From positions 76,012,001 to 76,076,000 of the forward strand of contig NC_043004.1 in the NCBI RefSeq assembly GCF_006345805.1: a DNA stretch of 64,000 nucleotides, read 5' to 3'. Position 1 is the stretch's first letter; every line of letters begins with the position of its first letter. The translations under genes were made by a program, and so were the position numbers. Below are positions 51,901 through 61,832 of this stretch, one piece after another. The stretch is from Octopus sinensis (taxonomy: Eukaryota). Below the pieces are notes generated by a model. It ran no database searches, had not been told where the DNA came from, and saw only the letters and a program-made list of their open reading frames with translations.

Positions 51901-54715
51901 CTTTTACAGAATGTTTCATTAAATACACAACTACGTTCAAGTTATTTTTTATTCTATACTAGCAGTATCGCCTGGCGTTGCTCGGGTTAGTTTCAACCCT
52001 ATACTATTGGAATTTTGGAAAAGTAAAAATTTTGCATTATGTAGCTTGTTATTCTCTTTAAGTGAACATTTTTCTGGTTGAAATACACCGCAAAATGGTG
52101 ACGCGGCAGTAAAAAAATCGTAAAAAATAGGGATTTTCATAGAAAAAAAGCCCCTTTTTGATGTAAATAATTTTTGGTCTCAACATGGTCTGATTTGAAT
52201 TTTATCTTCTATGGAAGGAAGAGCAAGCCTTCTTTCATACTCTCAATTTTGGTCAACTTGTGCTGCAGGGTCTCGGATGAGATAATGTTAGTTGAAGGCT
52301 ACCAAACCTGCCACACACAGACAACTTCAGCTTTATATATATAGAGATTTTTCATTTTTTTCTTATTAGCATTTTACAGTTGGTTTAGAATAGTAGAGTT
52401 CCTAAATCCATATCTGAAGTTTCCAGAACTTCACAGTCTTATTACCAAGAATTGAATTTGAATATATTTGGTGTGTGGGTTATTTCTAATATACAGAATG
52501 AATTCATGTACTCTTTCCTAGACTGAATAAATAAATACTAGGTTTAAAAACTAGTACAAGGATTTATTTGTTCCATCAAGCCCTTCAAGGCAGTTCACCA
52601 ACATGGCTGCAGTCCAATGACTGAAACATGTAAATAATATGATCTATCTATATTTATATATATTAAGGTTACTGTTGGTTTCATGTTAAGAAAAGTAAGA
52701 AAATATTTTAGTGTCTAAACAATTTTTCAAGCCGATCACATGGAGAAAGGTGTTTACCTCCATTCTGGAAAACAGCCAAAATGGAGGCGAACACCTTTCC
52801 CCATATGTTCAGCTTGAAAAATTGTTTAGACACTGGGATATTTTCCTACTTTTCTTAAAGATGAAACCAATGGTAACCTCAATTCACAAATGCAGTGTTG
52901 AACATTAAACGATGATGATGATGATGTTAATTATAAAATAAAAACCGTTATGCAAATGATACAATCTTGAAATTCTACCATATCTTTAAATTTATCAATT
53001 CATTTTTCTTTCAGTCAGTGAAAAATAGTATTTTTCCAAGCTGTAACTAAAACATAACTATGTAACTTATATTATGTACTTACGCTTGGGTTTATGATAG
53101 TTTCGGTTTCTTCGCCAAAGTTCCATCTGTTTCACAAAACCATTGAAATAATAACTGTTAAGGCTATCTTTTAGAGAGCGACCAATGTATGTTTTTGATG
53201 AAGTAGACCGTTTCTGATGTAAGTAGGGTATAGTATCATGTGCAACCTCTCTCCGGTTCAAGAACAGTCTCAGACCAACATCTGGATACCAATCCAGTTC
53301 AATATATTGCCAAGTTCCAGCTTCAAACTCCGTAGTGTTTACATGCCAGGTCTGAGTAGATGTTCTCATTTCGGCATGGAGTTGGCCGTCTTTGTAGTAA
53401 ACCGATGTAGGGTAGCTGTCAAGGAAATATGTGTTGTCAATAAGTTTATCAGCTTTCAAAAACAATCGCATCACATGGCCATCAACGCAGTTTTCTAAGT
53501 CTCCACCGCAGGTCACATCTTTGCCCACATCGATATATTGGTCCTGGCCATTAAGTCGGATGACATTGCCCTCGTCACTGCTAACCAGATCAGGGTAACC
53601 AACCATGTTAACACGAGGGAGAAGTAGTCGATCAAAACGAAATACCATTTCAGGACTCTCAGTAGCAACTGCAAAATAAAATGCATGAGAGAAAAGCTGA
53701 AGAACTGACAACATAATTTCACTTCATTTTTTTTTGTTTTGCTTTTCTTTTTTTCTTTTTTTAAAAAAATTTTTATACATTTTCATTTTTAATATGAATG
53801 AAATCAACCTCAATATTGGTTTGAAATTTTGGTACAAGGCCAGTAAGTTCTGCAGAAGGGGTAAGTTGATTACATCGACCCCAGAGCTCAACTAGTACTT
53901 ATTTTATCGACCCTGAAAAGATGAAAGGCAAAATTGACCCTGGCAAGATTTGAACTTAGAATGTACAGACAAATGAAATGCTGCAAAGCATTTTGCCCGG
54001 CATGTTAATGATTCTGCCAGCTCATCAATCTCAATATAACTATGACTTACTGACAAATAGAATCAAAAGCTTTTCAAATGGAATAACCACCCATCCAAAA
54101 AAAAAAAAAAATTAAAAAAGGGTGAGTAATGAGGTGAATAATATATGCTTTATACTTTTCCACTTCTGTTTTTGTTAATTAGTTTATTAAGCAATTAAGA
54201 GCATACTATAGTCTTTAGCAAAAGACTATATTATAAGTTAGAATACATTAAGTCAAGCACCAGACAAGATTAGAGATAGAGTTAAAAAGAAAGAGTTTGA
54301 AGAATCTGAAATAAGCTCTGAAGAGAACTTCTAGCTTCAAGGAAGCAACAGGACAACATGGCAACAGGTGCAAGTTCTTGGTTAAAGACATTTCTGACAA
54401 TGCTGTAGCAGACTAAGGTTGTCTCAGAAAAGGCTCATGCCCCAAGAGCAAAGCTTTTATTACTACATACATACATATATATATTAATCAAGGCACATAA
54501 TATTATAGATCCATTTCAGCCGATCTTACCAATTGGTTTTGTACAGGATATAAGGTAGCCAGATATTTGATAATAGTGCAGTTGAGTAACACCACTTGCT
54601 CTTCAGAGATGGTATCCAGTTATCTAATACCCAGTGTGAAACTGATAGTTTGTGATCAGCTGGAATGGGTCTATAATACTGTACAAATTATTCCAACTTA
54701 TGCATTCTTAGATGA

Positions 54716-54750
<35 letters not shown>

Positions 54751-54986
54751 TATATATATATATATAATGTATATTAGAAGGTTTAGAGATGATGTACAGG
54801 TATTATATATTAGAGGAAATGAGGTACTCAGAAATCTGGATGGTTTTATATATGTATATGATTTATAGAAACATGTAACATACTAATAAATATCTGTAAA
54901 TATAAAACCATCCAGATTTCTGAGTACCTCATTTCTTCTAATATATAATGTATATATATACATTATATATATATATATTATATATA

Positions 54987-55019
<33 letters not shown>

Positions 55020-55228
55020 GAATTGATCTGTAAGCAGACTGAAAGCAGTAGATTCCAGATGAAGTAGTCATTCAGGCAACAGAAAGCATATAATGTTGAT
55101 GATATTGAAATAGTATGTATATGATAGACTTAATAATATATATATATATATATATATATGATACATGTAGTAATAACACATACAATACACTTAATAATGC
55201 ATATGATACACTTCATAGTATGATACAC

Positions 55229-55277
<49 letters not shown>

Positions 55278-55288
55278 TAATAACAATA

Positions 55289-55323
<35 letters not shown>

Positions 55324-56602
55324 CTGTTATGTCTGGGGAGAGTCATTTTCTTTTTGTGCCTTATAATGTAACACACTCACCAGTAAAATTTCCATTAACT
55401 ATTTTTATTTTCCTAAAATTTTCATTGCGTCTTGCAACCTTTTCAATAGTCTTGACTATTGAAAAGATGCAACAAAAATTTTAGGAAAATAAAAATAAGA
55501 AATAAGTGGAAGTTTTACCGGTGAGTGTGTTACATTATAAGGCACAAAAAGAAAATGACTCTCCCCAGACATAACAGAAAATGCTTCAACATACGAACTC
55601 ATATAAAGAATGTTGCAAACCAAATCCAAAAACGAAAAAGTAATAATAATGATATGTATGATGCACTTAATAATATATGATGCACTTAATAATATATGCA
55701 TGACAATAATATGCAAGATAGACTTAATAAAATACACGTAATAGTGTATAATACGATACACTTAAGTTACATTGTGACACAGGCAAATCATTATAGAACT
55801 ATCTTATTTCTTTACTGCCCACAACAGGCTACACACAGAGGGGACAAACAAGGACAGACAAACGGATTAAGTCGATTATATTGACCCCAGTGCATAACTG
55901 GTACTTATTTAATCAACCCCGAAAGGATGAAAGGCAAAGTCGGCCTCGGTGGAATTTGAACTCAGAACATAGCGGCCGACGAAATACCACTAGGGATTTC
56001 GCCCGGCGTGCAAACGATTCTGCCAGCTCACCGCCCTAACTATTATAGATCTATCTTGGCAACCTCACTGATGCTGGTGCCGTAGAAAAAGCAACCATTA
56101 CATTTGTTAAAGTGGCTGGTGTTAGCCAATGTTTGACTAAAACTTTTCAAAGTGGTGCCCCAGCATGGCCACAGTCCAATGACTGAACCAAGTAAAAGAC
56201 GAAAGAAGAGCAGAACATTGCTGATGAACTGCTCAAACTGAGGAGTTAATTGGCAACTGGAATCGGTTCATGGATGGAAACTAAAGGCTGTGAGTCTTGT
56301 GATGAAGAAAGAAGTTTAACTCTTTCGCATTCAGATTACTCTGTCAAATATAATCCTTATTTATTCACATCATTTTGAGTTAATCAGGTAATCATAGCTT
56401 TGAGATTTTGATAGCATAGGGGTGGTGGGGCTGAGTCGATTGCATCAACCCCAGTGTTCAACTGGTACTTATTTTATCGATCCCGAATGGATGAAAGGGA
56501 AAGTTGACCTCAGCGGAATTTTAACTCAGAACGTTGCGGCAGATGAAATACCGCTAAGCCTATTGCCTGGCGTGCTAACGATTCTGCCAGCTCGCTGCCT
56601 TC

Positions 56603-56644
<42 letters not shown>

Positions 56645-57437
56645 CAATATGATAATTATTGCTGTGGTAATTGGTGCACTTGGCACAACACTCAAATTGC
56701 TTCCTAAGAGACTGAACCATTTTGGAATTGAGACTCACAGAGTTGAACTGTAGAAGAGTGTAATCCTATGGTCTGCGAGAATGTTAAGAAAGATTCTTGA
56801 GATTTGAAGAGACTAGTCATCACCAAACCTCAAGACAACATTGCTGCAAACTAATACAGCATGTAATAGTTTTAATAATAACAACAACAATAATAATAAT
56901 AATGGTTTCAAATTTTGCCACAAAGGCAGCAATTTTGGGGGAGGGGACTAGTTGATTACATAGACCCCAGTGTCTCACTGGTACTTAATTTATTGATCCC
57001 GAATGGATGAAAGGCAAAGTCGAACTCGGTGACATGCCGTTAAGCACTTTGCTCGACTTCTAAACGTTTTTATCACCTTGCCGTCTTGCTTGCTTGGAAT
57101 ATTAAAGATTCCTTTTTCTATCAATGGAGGCACTTACAATTTAGATGCACATATGTATTTGTTGACCCCAAAAGGATGAAAGGAAAAGTTGAACTTGGTG
57201 GAATTTGAACTCAGAACGTGAAGACAACAAAATACCGCTAAGCATTTTGCCTGGCGTGTTAACGATTCTGCCAGCTTGCCACCTACAAGTGAACTAAGGT
57301 AACGCCCTTTATTTTTCGAGCACGGCTACTCTGGAAGGTGCTCGAAAAATAAGGGTTGTTACCTTAGTTCACTGGTAGTGAACAGCTGAGACACCATAGT
57401 ACATCTCCAGCGATAGAAGCTGTGCAAAGACAATAAA

Positions 57438-57469
<32 letters not shown>

Positions 57470-60018
57470 AAAAAGCCAGGATTTCTGCACATGCACTGTT
57501 GCAAGTATTCTGCTGTGTACCTATAAAGAAATACAAACTTTCAGATTTTTACTTAAACAGAAATAAAAAGGACATCACTGAAGCGTTGGACTAAATGGAA
57601 ACAAAAATGAAGCCTGTTGGTTTACATTCTGGGATGGATTTCTTTATGCAGCAGATGGAGCACCTAGGAACCCTCATGTAGAAACAGTGACATGGATTTT
57701 CAGTACTTATTGAAGCTAGTGCATAAATTAGCGAAAGCATGTGTAGCTGAGAAGCTGAGAATAGTAGAATATTTGACATCCGGCGAAGAGATTAGTGCAA
57801 AAATAAATATCTATTTCACAGGAGAGTGTTAGTTTTTTTTTATCATGGAAGACTCGTAGAAGTATGATGTTTTGTGTAGGGCCTTTCCTAGAATTGATTA
57901 ATTATGAATTAATAGATGCTAATGAATTAATCTTATGTTATAGACATGAGAATATTATAAGAAAGAATCCGTTTGGTGGCACGTAATAACTACCAACCGA
58001 TTGTGGCCGTTGCCAGCCTCTCCTGGCACCTGTGCCGGTGGCATGTAAAAAGCACCATCCGTACGTGGTCAATGCCAGCACCACCTTGACTGGCTTTCAT
58101 GCTGGTGGCATGTAAAAAGCACCAACCGATCATGCTCGTTGCCAGTCTCGCCTGACACCTGTGCTGGTGGCACGTAAAAAGCACCCACTACACTCATGAA
58201 GTGGTTGGTGTTAGGAAGGGCATCTAGCTGTAGAAACACTGCCAGATCAGACTGGAGCCTGGTGTAGCCTCCTGGCTTCCCAGACCCCAGTCAAACCGTC
58301 CAACCCATGCTAGCATGGAAAATGGACGTTAAACGATGATGATGATGATGATGATGATGGTGAATCTTAAGATGAATTTTTCAAGCTGAGCCAACCAGCA
58401 GGAGACTTAAGAGTTGACCAGGAAGGAGATGGCTGGATAATGTCTATAGACACAGTTGGTCATTTTACAGAATTCAGAAGGAAATTGTAATGATGGTTGC
58501 TTCTGATGGGATCCTATGGAGGAAATGCCTGAGGGCTCTATCCCTACAATGCTTCAAGGGGTAGTGGGTGGAGAAAATGGATGGAGGAATAAATAATTAA
58601 CCAGCAATGTGATTAAAAGGAATCCAAAAGGGAGTGGCTGCGTGGTAAGTAGCTTGCTTACGAACCACATAGTTCCGGGTTCAGTCCCACTGCGTGGAAC
58701 CTTGGGCAAGTGTCTTCTTCTATAGCCTCGGGCCAACTAAAGCCTTGTGAGTGGATTAGGTAGACGGAAACTGAAAGAAGCCTATCATATATATATATGT
58801 GTATGTGTGTGTATATGTTTGTGTTTGTCTCCCCAACATTGCTTGACAACCGATGCCGGTGTGTTTACGTCCTTGTAACTTAGCGGTTTGGCAAAAGAGA
58901 CTGCTAGAATAAGTACTAGGCTTACTAAGAATAAGTCCTAGGGTTAATTTGCTTGACTAAAGGCGGTGCTCCAGCATGGCCACAATCAAATGACTGAAAC
59001 AAGAAAAAGAGTAAAAGAGAGAGTATTCAGCAACAGTACTTAGTAGTAAAGACTGTTTGCCAACATAACATGGCAGTCCTGGTTTAGGACAAATGTTGCT
59101 GTAATTTAGTCCCAGGAGACATCATCTCCAGGTGGCTATACTATACAATCTGTGTCCTTATATTTTCAAACTTATTTTGTCAACCCAGAAAGGACAAAAG
59201 GCAAAGCTCCACCTCAACAGCATTTAAACTCAGAAAGGAAAGCTAGAAGTGATGTCACAAAGCATTTCTTCCACCATGCAAACCAATCTGCCAGCTGACA
59301 GCCCAGTCGATGACAGTGATATTACATATAGGATCCTAATCAAACTGTTATTCATGTTTGCTGAATATCTACAAGACATACTAACATGTTTGTTTAGCAG
59401 CATTTTTAGTTTTTTAATATTATTTAACAAGCTCTTTCAGAGAAGCAATACAAACAAAACTCGGCACTTGACAACTAACAACTGGGCATTAATTATACTA
59501 ATTGAGCTGTTGTGTGAAGACTGCAACTAACGAGGATGAATAGACTAACTGAAAATGCGTCAAGTATTTTCTTAATTTTTATAATATTAGTGTGACCTGC
59601 ACTGCTTGGTAGCAGCATGACACCTTTTTATATGTGGTGCATGTAAACACGACATATAGATGCAGGCATTACTTTGCAATCAAATGGTTTTAGGTTCAGT
59701 CTTGATGCACACCTTGGACAAGTGTCTTCTGCTATACCCCAGGTGAATTTCATAAATGGAAACTGTGTGGAAGCCCATCATGTGTATGTGTGTGTGTGTG
59801 TGTGTATGTATATATATTCTTTTTTCTTTTTCTTGTTTCAGTCATTTGATTGTGGCCATGTTGGAGCACCACTTTTAGTCAAAGAAATTGACCCCGGGAC
59901 TTATTCTTTGTAAGCCCAGTACTTATTCTATCGGACTCTTTTGTTGAACCGCTAAGTTACGGGGGATGTAAACTCACCAACATTAGTTGTCAAGTGATGG
60001 TAGGGAGGACAAACACAA

Positions 60019-60054
<36 letters not shown>

Positions 60055-60251
60055 GTATATACATACATGGTAGGCTTCTGTTAGTTTCTGTCTACCAAAT
60101 CGACTCACAAGGCTTTGGTTGACCCGAAACTATAGTAGAAGACGTTTGCCCAAGATGCCACACAGTGGGACTGAACCTGGAAGCATGTGACTGGGAAGCA
60201 AGCTTTGCTGCTTACCACATAGCCATATATATATATATACATATACACACC

Positions 60252-60299
<48 letters not shown>

Positions 60300-61555
60300 T
60301 ATATATATACATACATACATATATATACACACATACATGTACACACATGTAATATGTGTGTGTCTTTGTGTTTGTCCCCCACCACCGTTTGATAGGCAGT
60401 GTTGGTTTGTTTGTGTTCCCATTACTTAGTAGTTTAGCAAAAGAGACTACTAGAATAAATACAAGACTGAAAAATAAGTACTAGGCGTGGTTAATCCAAT
60501 TTAACCCCTCGAGGCAGTGCTCCAGCATGACCACAGTCCAATGGCTGAAATAAGTAAAATATAAAAGATCTCAGGGAATATTTAAGAAATTTTATCAGTC
60601 ATATTCTTCATGGAATAATACCATTGAGTGTTATTGCCAAAGTAATGGTTAACTTGTTGCTCAAGATGGAAAGTGTTGAGATTGTTCTTGCTTGAATGGT
60701 CTCAGAGTTAAAGGAGCTCATTTAAGTACCATACATTTGGAATAATCAGGGTTAAAAAACCCCTAAAAGTATCTCATCAGTGATTTCCTTATAGTTTCAT
60801 GGTTGATGGACAAAATGATAGTTTCCCTTCATTAACATTCCACCAATGTAAAAGTAAAAAAAAAATTGCTAAAATAAAAAAAACAAAACAAGAGATAAAT
60901 AAACAATATATTATTAGAACTAAATTGATTTACTTACCATAAGATGGTCCAAATCCATCAAGGATTCCATTGACGCTTGTTCTGTAGTATTGCACTTCAT
61001 CAACATCAAAATCAGGTGTGAACCGTCCAACATTATTTCCAGTGGTACCGATGTATATACCTTCAGCAGGTGTGTCACCTTGCATGAAAGGTTTTGCAGT
61101 TGTTGCTTGTGCAACCTTCTCAGGGTTTATATACAACTTGGCACCCCTTGCTGGGTCCCAACTCATAATCACCTGTTGCCAGACATTTCCCTTAAATTTA
61201 GGGGTGGACATTTCCCAAGAATGGGTTGCATTTTGGAATTTAGCATGGAGAATATTATCCTTCGAATACAGCGAGTAAGCTGGACTTGAAATATAATATT
61301 TCTTGCCTTCAAGATCATATGGTTTTAGCCATAGACCAAGCGTCAATCCAGTCTTACAATAGTTGAGATTGTAAATACAATCCTCCATATTACCGTCGAT
61401 ACGTACATACTGACCTTTTCCATTCATTGTTACACCGTTGCCGAGCCGTCCTTCGACCACACTAGCACCATTGACTAAATTGATAATAAAGTGAGAGTTT
61501 TCAACAATGTCATTTTTTTCAGACTCCATAGAGAAAGGCTCCGGCCCACTGCCAT
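15587..61555 (-). CDS. Neurexin-like single-pass membrane protein with cytoplasmic WD40 propeller (5'-partial; 19 exons traced, 6572 nt, ~2190 codons)
   Basis: Exons 61555-60938, 53668-53084, 51743-51556, 50465-50334, 47496-47335, 43907-43320, 43018-42823, 42371-42154, 40370-40262, 39677-38943, 38635-38516, 36662-36478, 35338-35170, 30501-30394, 28469-28373, 26535-25206, 19069-18911, 17345-16722, 15835-15587. All introns are GT-AG, the phases chain without a frameshift or stop, and the domains continue across the junctions. Confidence 0.88.
16722..17345 (-). CDS. Exon: WD40 repeats
   Basis: IWDFKTG...IVWDLL...VIWNLRNG...[33 protein letters not shown]...LVGHTRE. Confidence 0.93.
18911..19069 (-). 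CDS. Exon: WD40 blade
   Basis: [32 protein letters not shown]...RNLQ; joins IWNMQ/TGELIR and RNLQ/IWDFK in phase 0. Confidence 0.88.
20929..21773 (-). mobile_element. Non-autonomous Helitron carrying a Pif1-helicase fragment
   Basis: 5' TC(TTTATATAT), 3' CCCGAGCAACGCCGGG hairpin plus CTAG; ORF 21108-21524 contains AILAPRN..V.HIN..L..IPGE..VY.SID...YP.E.LNS. Confidence 0.88.
21776..22960. repeat. ~166-bp tandem repeat (~4 units) interrupted by a SINE
   Basis: Unit starts TTCGTCCTAAAAAAC at 21776, 21942, 22108, 22273 and resumes at ~22852. Confidence 0.85.
22341..22851 (+). mobile_element. tRNA-derived SINE with an internal ~105-bp duplication and ATACAT TSD (family copies ~17440, 24236, 58630)
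   Basis: GGAGTGGCTGTGTGGTAAG A-box, CCGGGTTCAGTCCC B-box, TTGGGCAAGTG core; flanked by ATACAT. Confidence 0.82.
25206..26535 (-). CDS. Exon (1330 bp): Pro/Gly stalk, TM helix (~26137-26200), low-complexity tail, first WD40 blade
   Basis: Single open frame: poly-Gly stalk, [21 protein letters not shown], a G/S/N/Y-rich region, then [28 protein letters not shown]. Confidence 0.9.
27979..28331. mobile_element. Two adjacent copies of the piggyBac-type MITE
   Basis: Reverse-complement match to 1118-1346; ends AAGGGTTAA and TTAACCCTTTTGATACC. Confidence 0.78.
28373..28469 (-). CDS. Exon: LamG-5 end
   Basis: [31 protein letters not shown]; ends in phase 2, matching the next exon. Confidence 0.8.
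29080..29800 (-). mobile_element. CR1-type LINE 3' fragment (RT C-terminus)
   Basis: [17 protein letters not shown]...LEAVQR.A...Y.E.L..L...L..R...D...[15 protein letters not shown]. Confidence 0.88.
30394..30501 (-). CDS. Exon: LamG-5 late part
   Basis: [35 protein letters not shown]; tacttgcag acceptor, GTGAGT donor, phase 1-1. Confidence 0.82.
30583..30690. promoter_or_regulatory. Promoter-like motif cluster (NRF1-like x2, ETS, CCAAT)
   Basis: GCGTGCATGCGCA 30607-30619, CCGGAAGT 30645-30652, ATGCGCATGTGCA 30659-30671, CCAAT 30680-30684. Confidence 0.35.
31540..32225 (+). mobile_element. Composite SINE with (GAT)n tail; abundant family (other copies/fragments near 1860, 2517, 5478, 6270, 7728, 8140, 8450, 9545, 10320, 16490, 47901, 49690, 57970)
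   Basis: Recurrent ...GTTAGGAAGGGCATCCAGCTGTAGAAAC...CCAACCCATGCTAGCATGGAAAGCGGACGTTAAACGATGATGAT. Confidence 0.8.
32581..33710 (+). mobile_element. Non-autonomous Helitron (DINE/HINE-like)
   Basis: TATAAACGGCAG-(TGTC)n head, 3' CCCGGGCAACGCTGGG plus CTAG; shares blocks with 41046-41416. Confidence 0.82.
33711..34012. repeat. ~300-bp interrupted (AT)n microsatellite (others at ~13200-13520, 49980-50250, 43080-43300, 55220-55320)
   Basis: Direct inspection; these tracts produce the poly-IY, poly-CV and poly-HT ORFs. Confidence 0.95.
34057..34139 (-). ncRNA. Type I hammerhead ribozyme motif (Penelope-like fragment), sense to the neurexin-WD40 pre-mRNA
   Basis: Minus strand: stem I CTTTC/GAAAG, core CTGATGA, stem II GAAGA/TCTTC with an inner TATTCC-TTT-GGAATA hairpin, GAAA, palindromic stem III ACATATGT, cleavage triplet GTC. 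Confidence 0.78.
35170..35338 (-). CDS. Exon: LamG-5 middle
   Basis: [13 protein letters not shown]...[24 protein letters not shown]. Confidence 0.9.
36478..36662 (-). CDS. Exon: LamG-5 N-terminal part (LNS6/beta-neurexin-like)
   Basis: [48 protein letters not shown], resembling neurexin [22 protein letters not shown]...LVRVDS...DYLELHI. Confidence 0.9.
38516..38635 (-). CDS. Exon: EGF-like domain 2
   Basis: [33 protein letters not shown] (a different frame from the ORF track). Confidence 0.92.
38943..39677 (-). CDS. Exon: end of LamG-3 plus LamG-4 (LNS5-like)
   Basis: [12 protein letters not shown]...[24 protein letters not shown]...DDKWHSV...[11 protein letters not shown]...[12 protein letters not shown]. 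Confidence 0.93.
40262..40370 (-). CDS. Exon: LamG-3 middle
   Basis: [36 protein letters not shown], close to neurexin LNS4 AGYNLNDNEWHTVRVVRRG. Confidence 0.9.
41046..41416 (-). mobile_element. Short Helitron deletion derivative, same family as 32581-33710
   Basis: TC start, hairpin plus CTAG end, near-identical head sequence. Confidence 0.85.
42154..42371 (-). CDS. Exon: LamG-3 N-terminal part (LNS4-like)
   Basis: VTMFDGTKG...[11 protein letters not shown]...[17 protein letters not shown]. Confidence 0.9.
42823..43018 (-). CDS. Exon: EGF-like domain 1
   Basis: [32 protein letters not shown], with the neurexin-type EGF spacing (W/Y-x-C-D-C). Confidence 0.92.
43320..43907 (-). CDS. Exon: Thr/Pro linker plus LamG-2 (neurexin LNS3-like)
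   Basis: [11 protein letters not shown]...[18 protein letters not shown]...[18 protein letters not shown]...VND...MYVGW...GYQGCL. Confidence 0.92.
44598..44950 (+). mobile_element. tRNA-derived SINE (copies 15097-15390 on +, ~29950-30362 on -)
   Basis: TGGCCCAGTGGTTAGGGCAGCGGACT...GGTTTCGGTTCCC head with a shared body. Confidence 0.78.
45678..46770 (-). mobile_element. piggyBac internal-deletion derivative with TTAA TSD
   Basis: TTAA-CCCTTTCGTTAC ... GTAACGAAAGGG-TTAA; ORF 46096-46488 has an acidic N-terminus then [22 protein letters not shown] (PGBD-like). Confidence 0.88.
47335..47496 (-). CDS. Exon: LamG-1 C-terminal part
   Basis: [54 protein letters not shown]; not in the ORF track. 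Confidence 0.85.
48509..48909. repeat. 401-bp fold-back with 191-bp arms and a 19-nt loop; probable inverted Penelope pLTR
   Basis: Arms 48509-48699 and 48719-48909 are reverse complements with 2 mismatches. Confidence 0.9.
50334..50465 (-). CDS. Exon: LamG-1 middle
   Basis: [44 protein letters not shown] (LamG ND..H.V..R motif); not in the ORF track. Confidence 0.85.
50831..51490. repeat. ~43-bp degenerate minisatellite with a ~295-bp higher-order period
   Basis: Recurrent GAGTCACTGGTGACTC-CCATGGTATATTAAGAATATAGTGTGG; the block from 50864 recurs at 51159. Confidence 0.85.
51556..51743 (-). CDS. Exon: LamG-1 N-terminal part
   Basis: [14 protein letters not shown]...FKLKFK...EGLLWY...FLYIK; catttcag acceptor, GTGAGT donor. 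Confidence 0.85.
51959..52347 (-). mobile_element. Short Helitron derivative
   Basis: TCTCTATATATATAAAG start; CCCGAGCAACGCCAGG...CTAG end. Confidence 0.8.
53084..53668 (-). CDS. Exon: pentraxin/LamG_3 module 2, phase 1-1
   Basis: [16 protein letters not shown]...CGGDLENC...[19 protein letters not shown]...TYIG...VKQMELW; a clear paralogue of the previous exon. Confidence 0.9.
55323..55578. repeat. Fold-back element, family copy 2
   Basis: ~125-bp imperfect inverted arms with the same sequence as 2889-3158. Confidence 0.8.
60938..61555 (-). CDS. Exon: pentraxin/LamG_3 (ConA-like) module 1, phase 1-1
   Basis: [20 protein letters not shown]...[12 protein letters not shown]...[19 protein letters not shown]...IYIG...VDEVQYY; tttgcacag acceptor, GTAAGT donor. 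Confidence 0.9.
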
Positions 61556-61832
61556 CTGTGCAAAGTCAAAAGAGATGCAAGCTACACTATGATGGAGGAT
61601 GCAAACAAAACAAATGCAAAAATGCAAACAAAACAAACAAAAACATTATCATAAACAACAGTCAAAAAACATGCAACAAAACATTCATTGTCAGTAAATT
61701 GTTTAAATAAACAAAAACAACACAAAACAAAACTAAAATTTAAAAGACAAACAAAAATAACAACACAACGTCAACACAATATTGAAGTCCCTCGCGACAT
61801 ATCACGGCACACACACAACTGATCCACATAAC

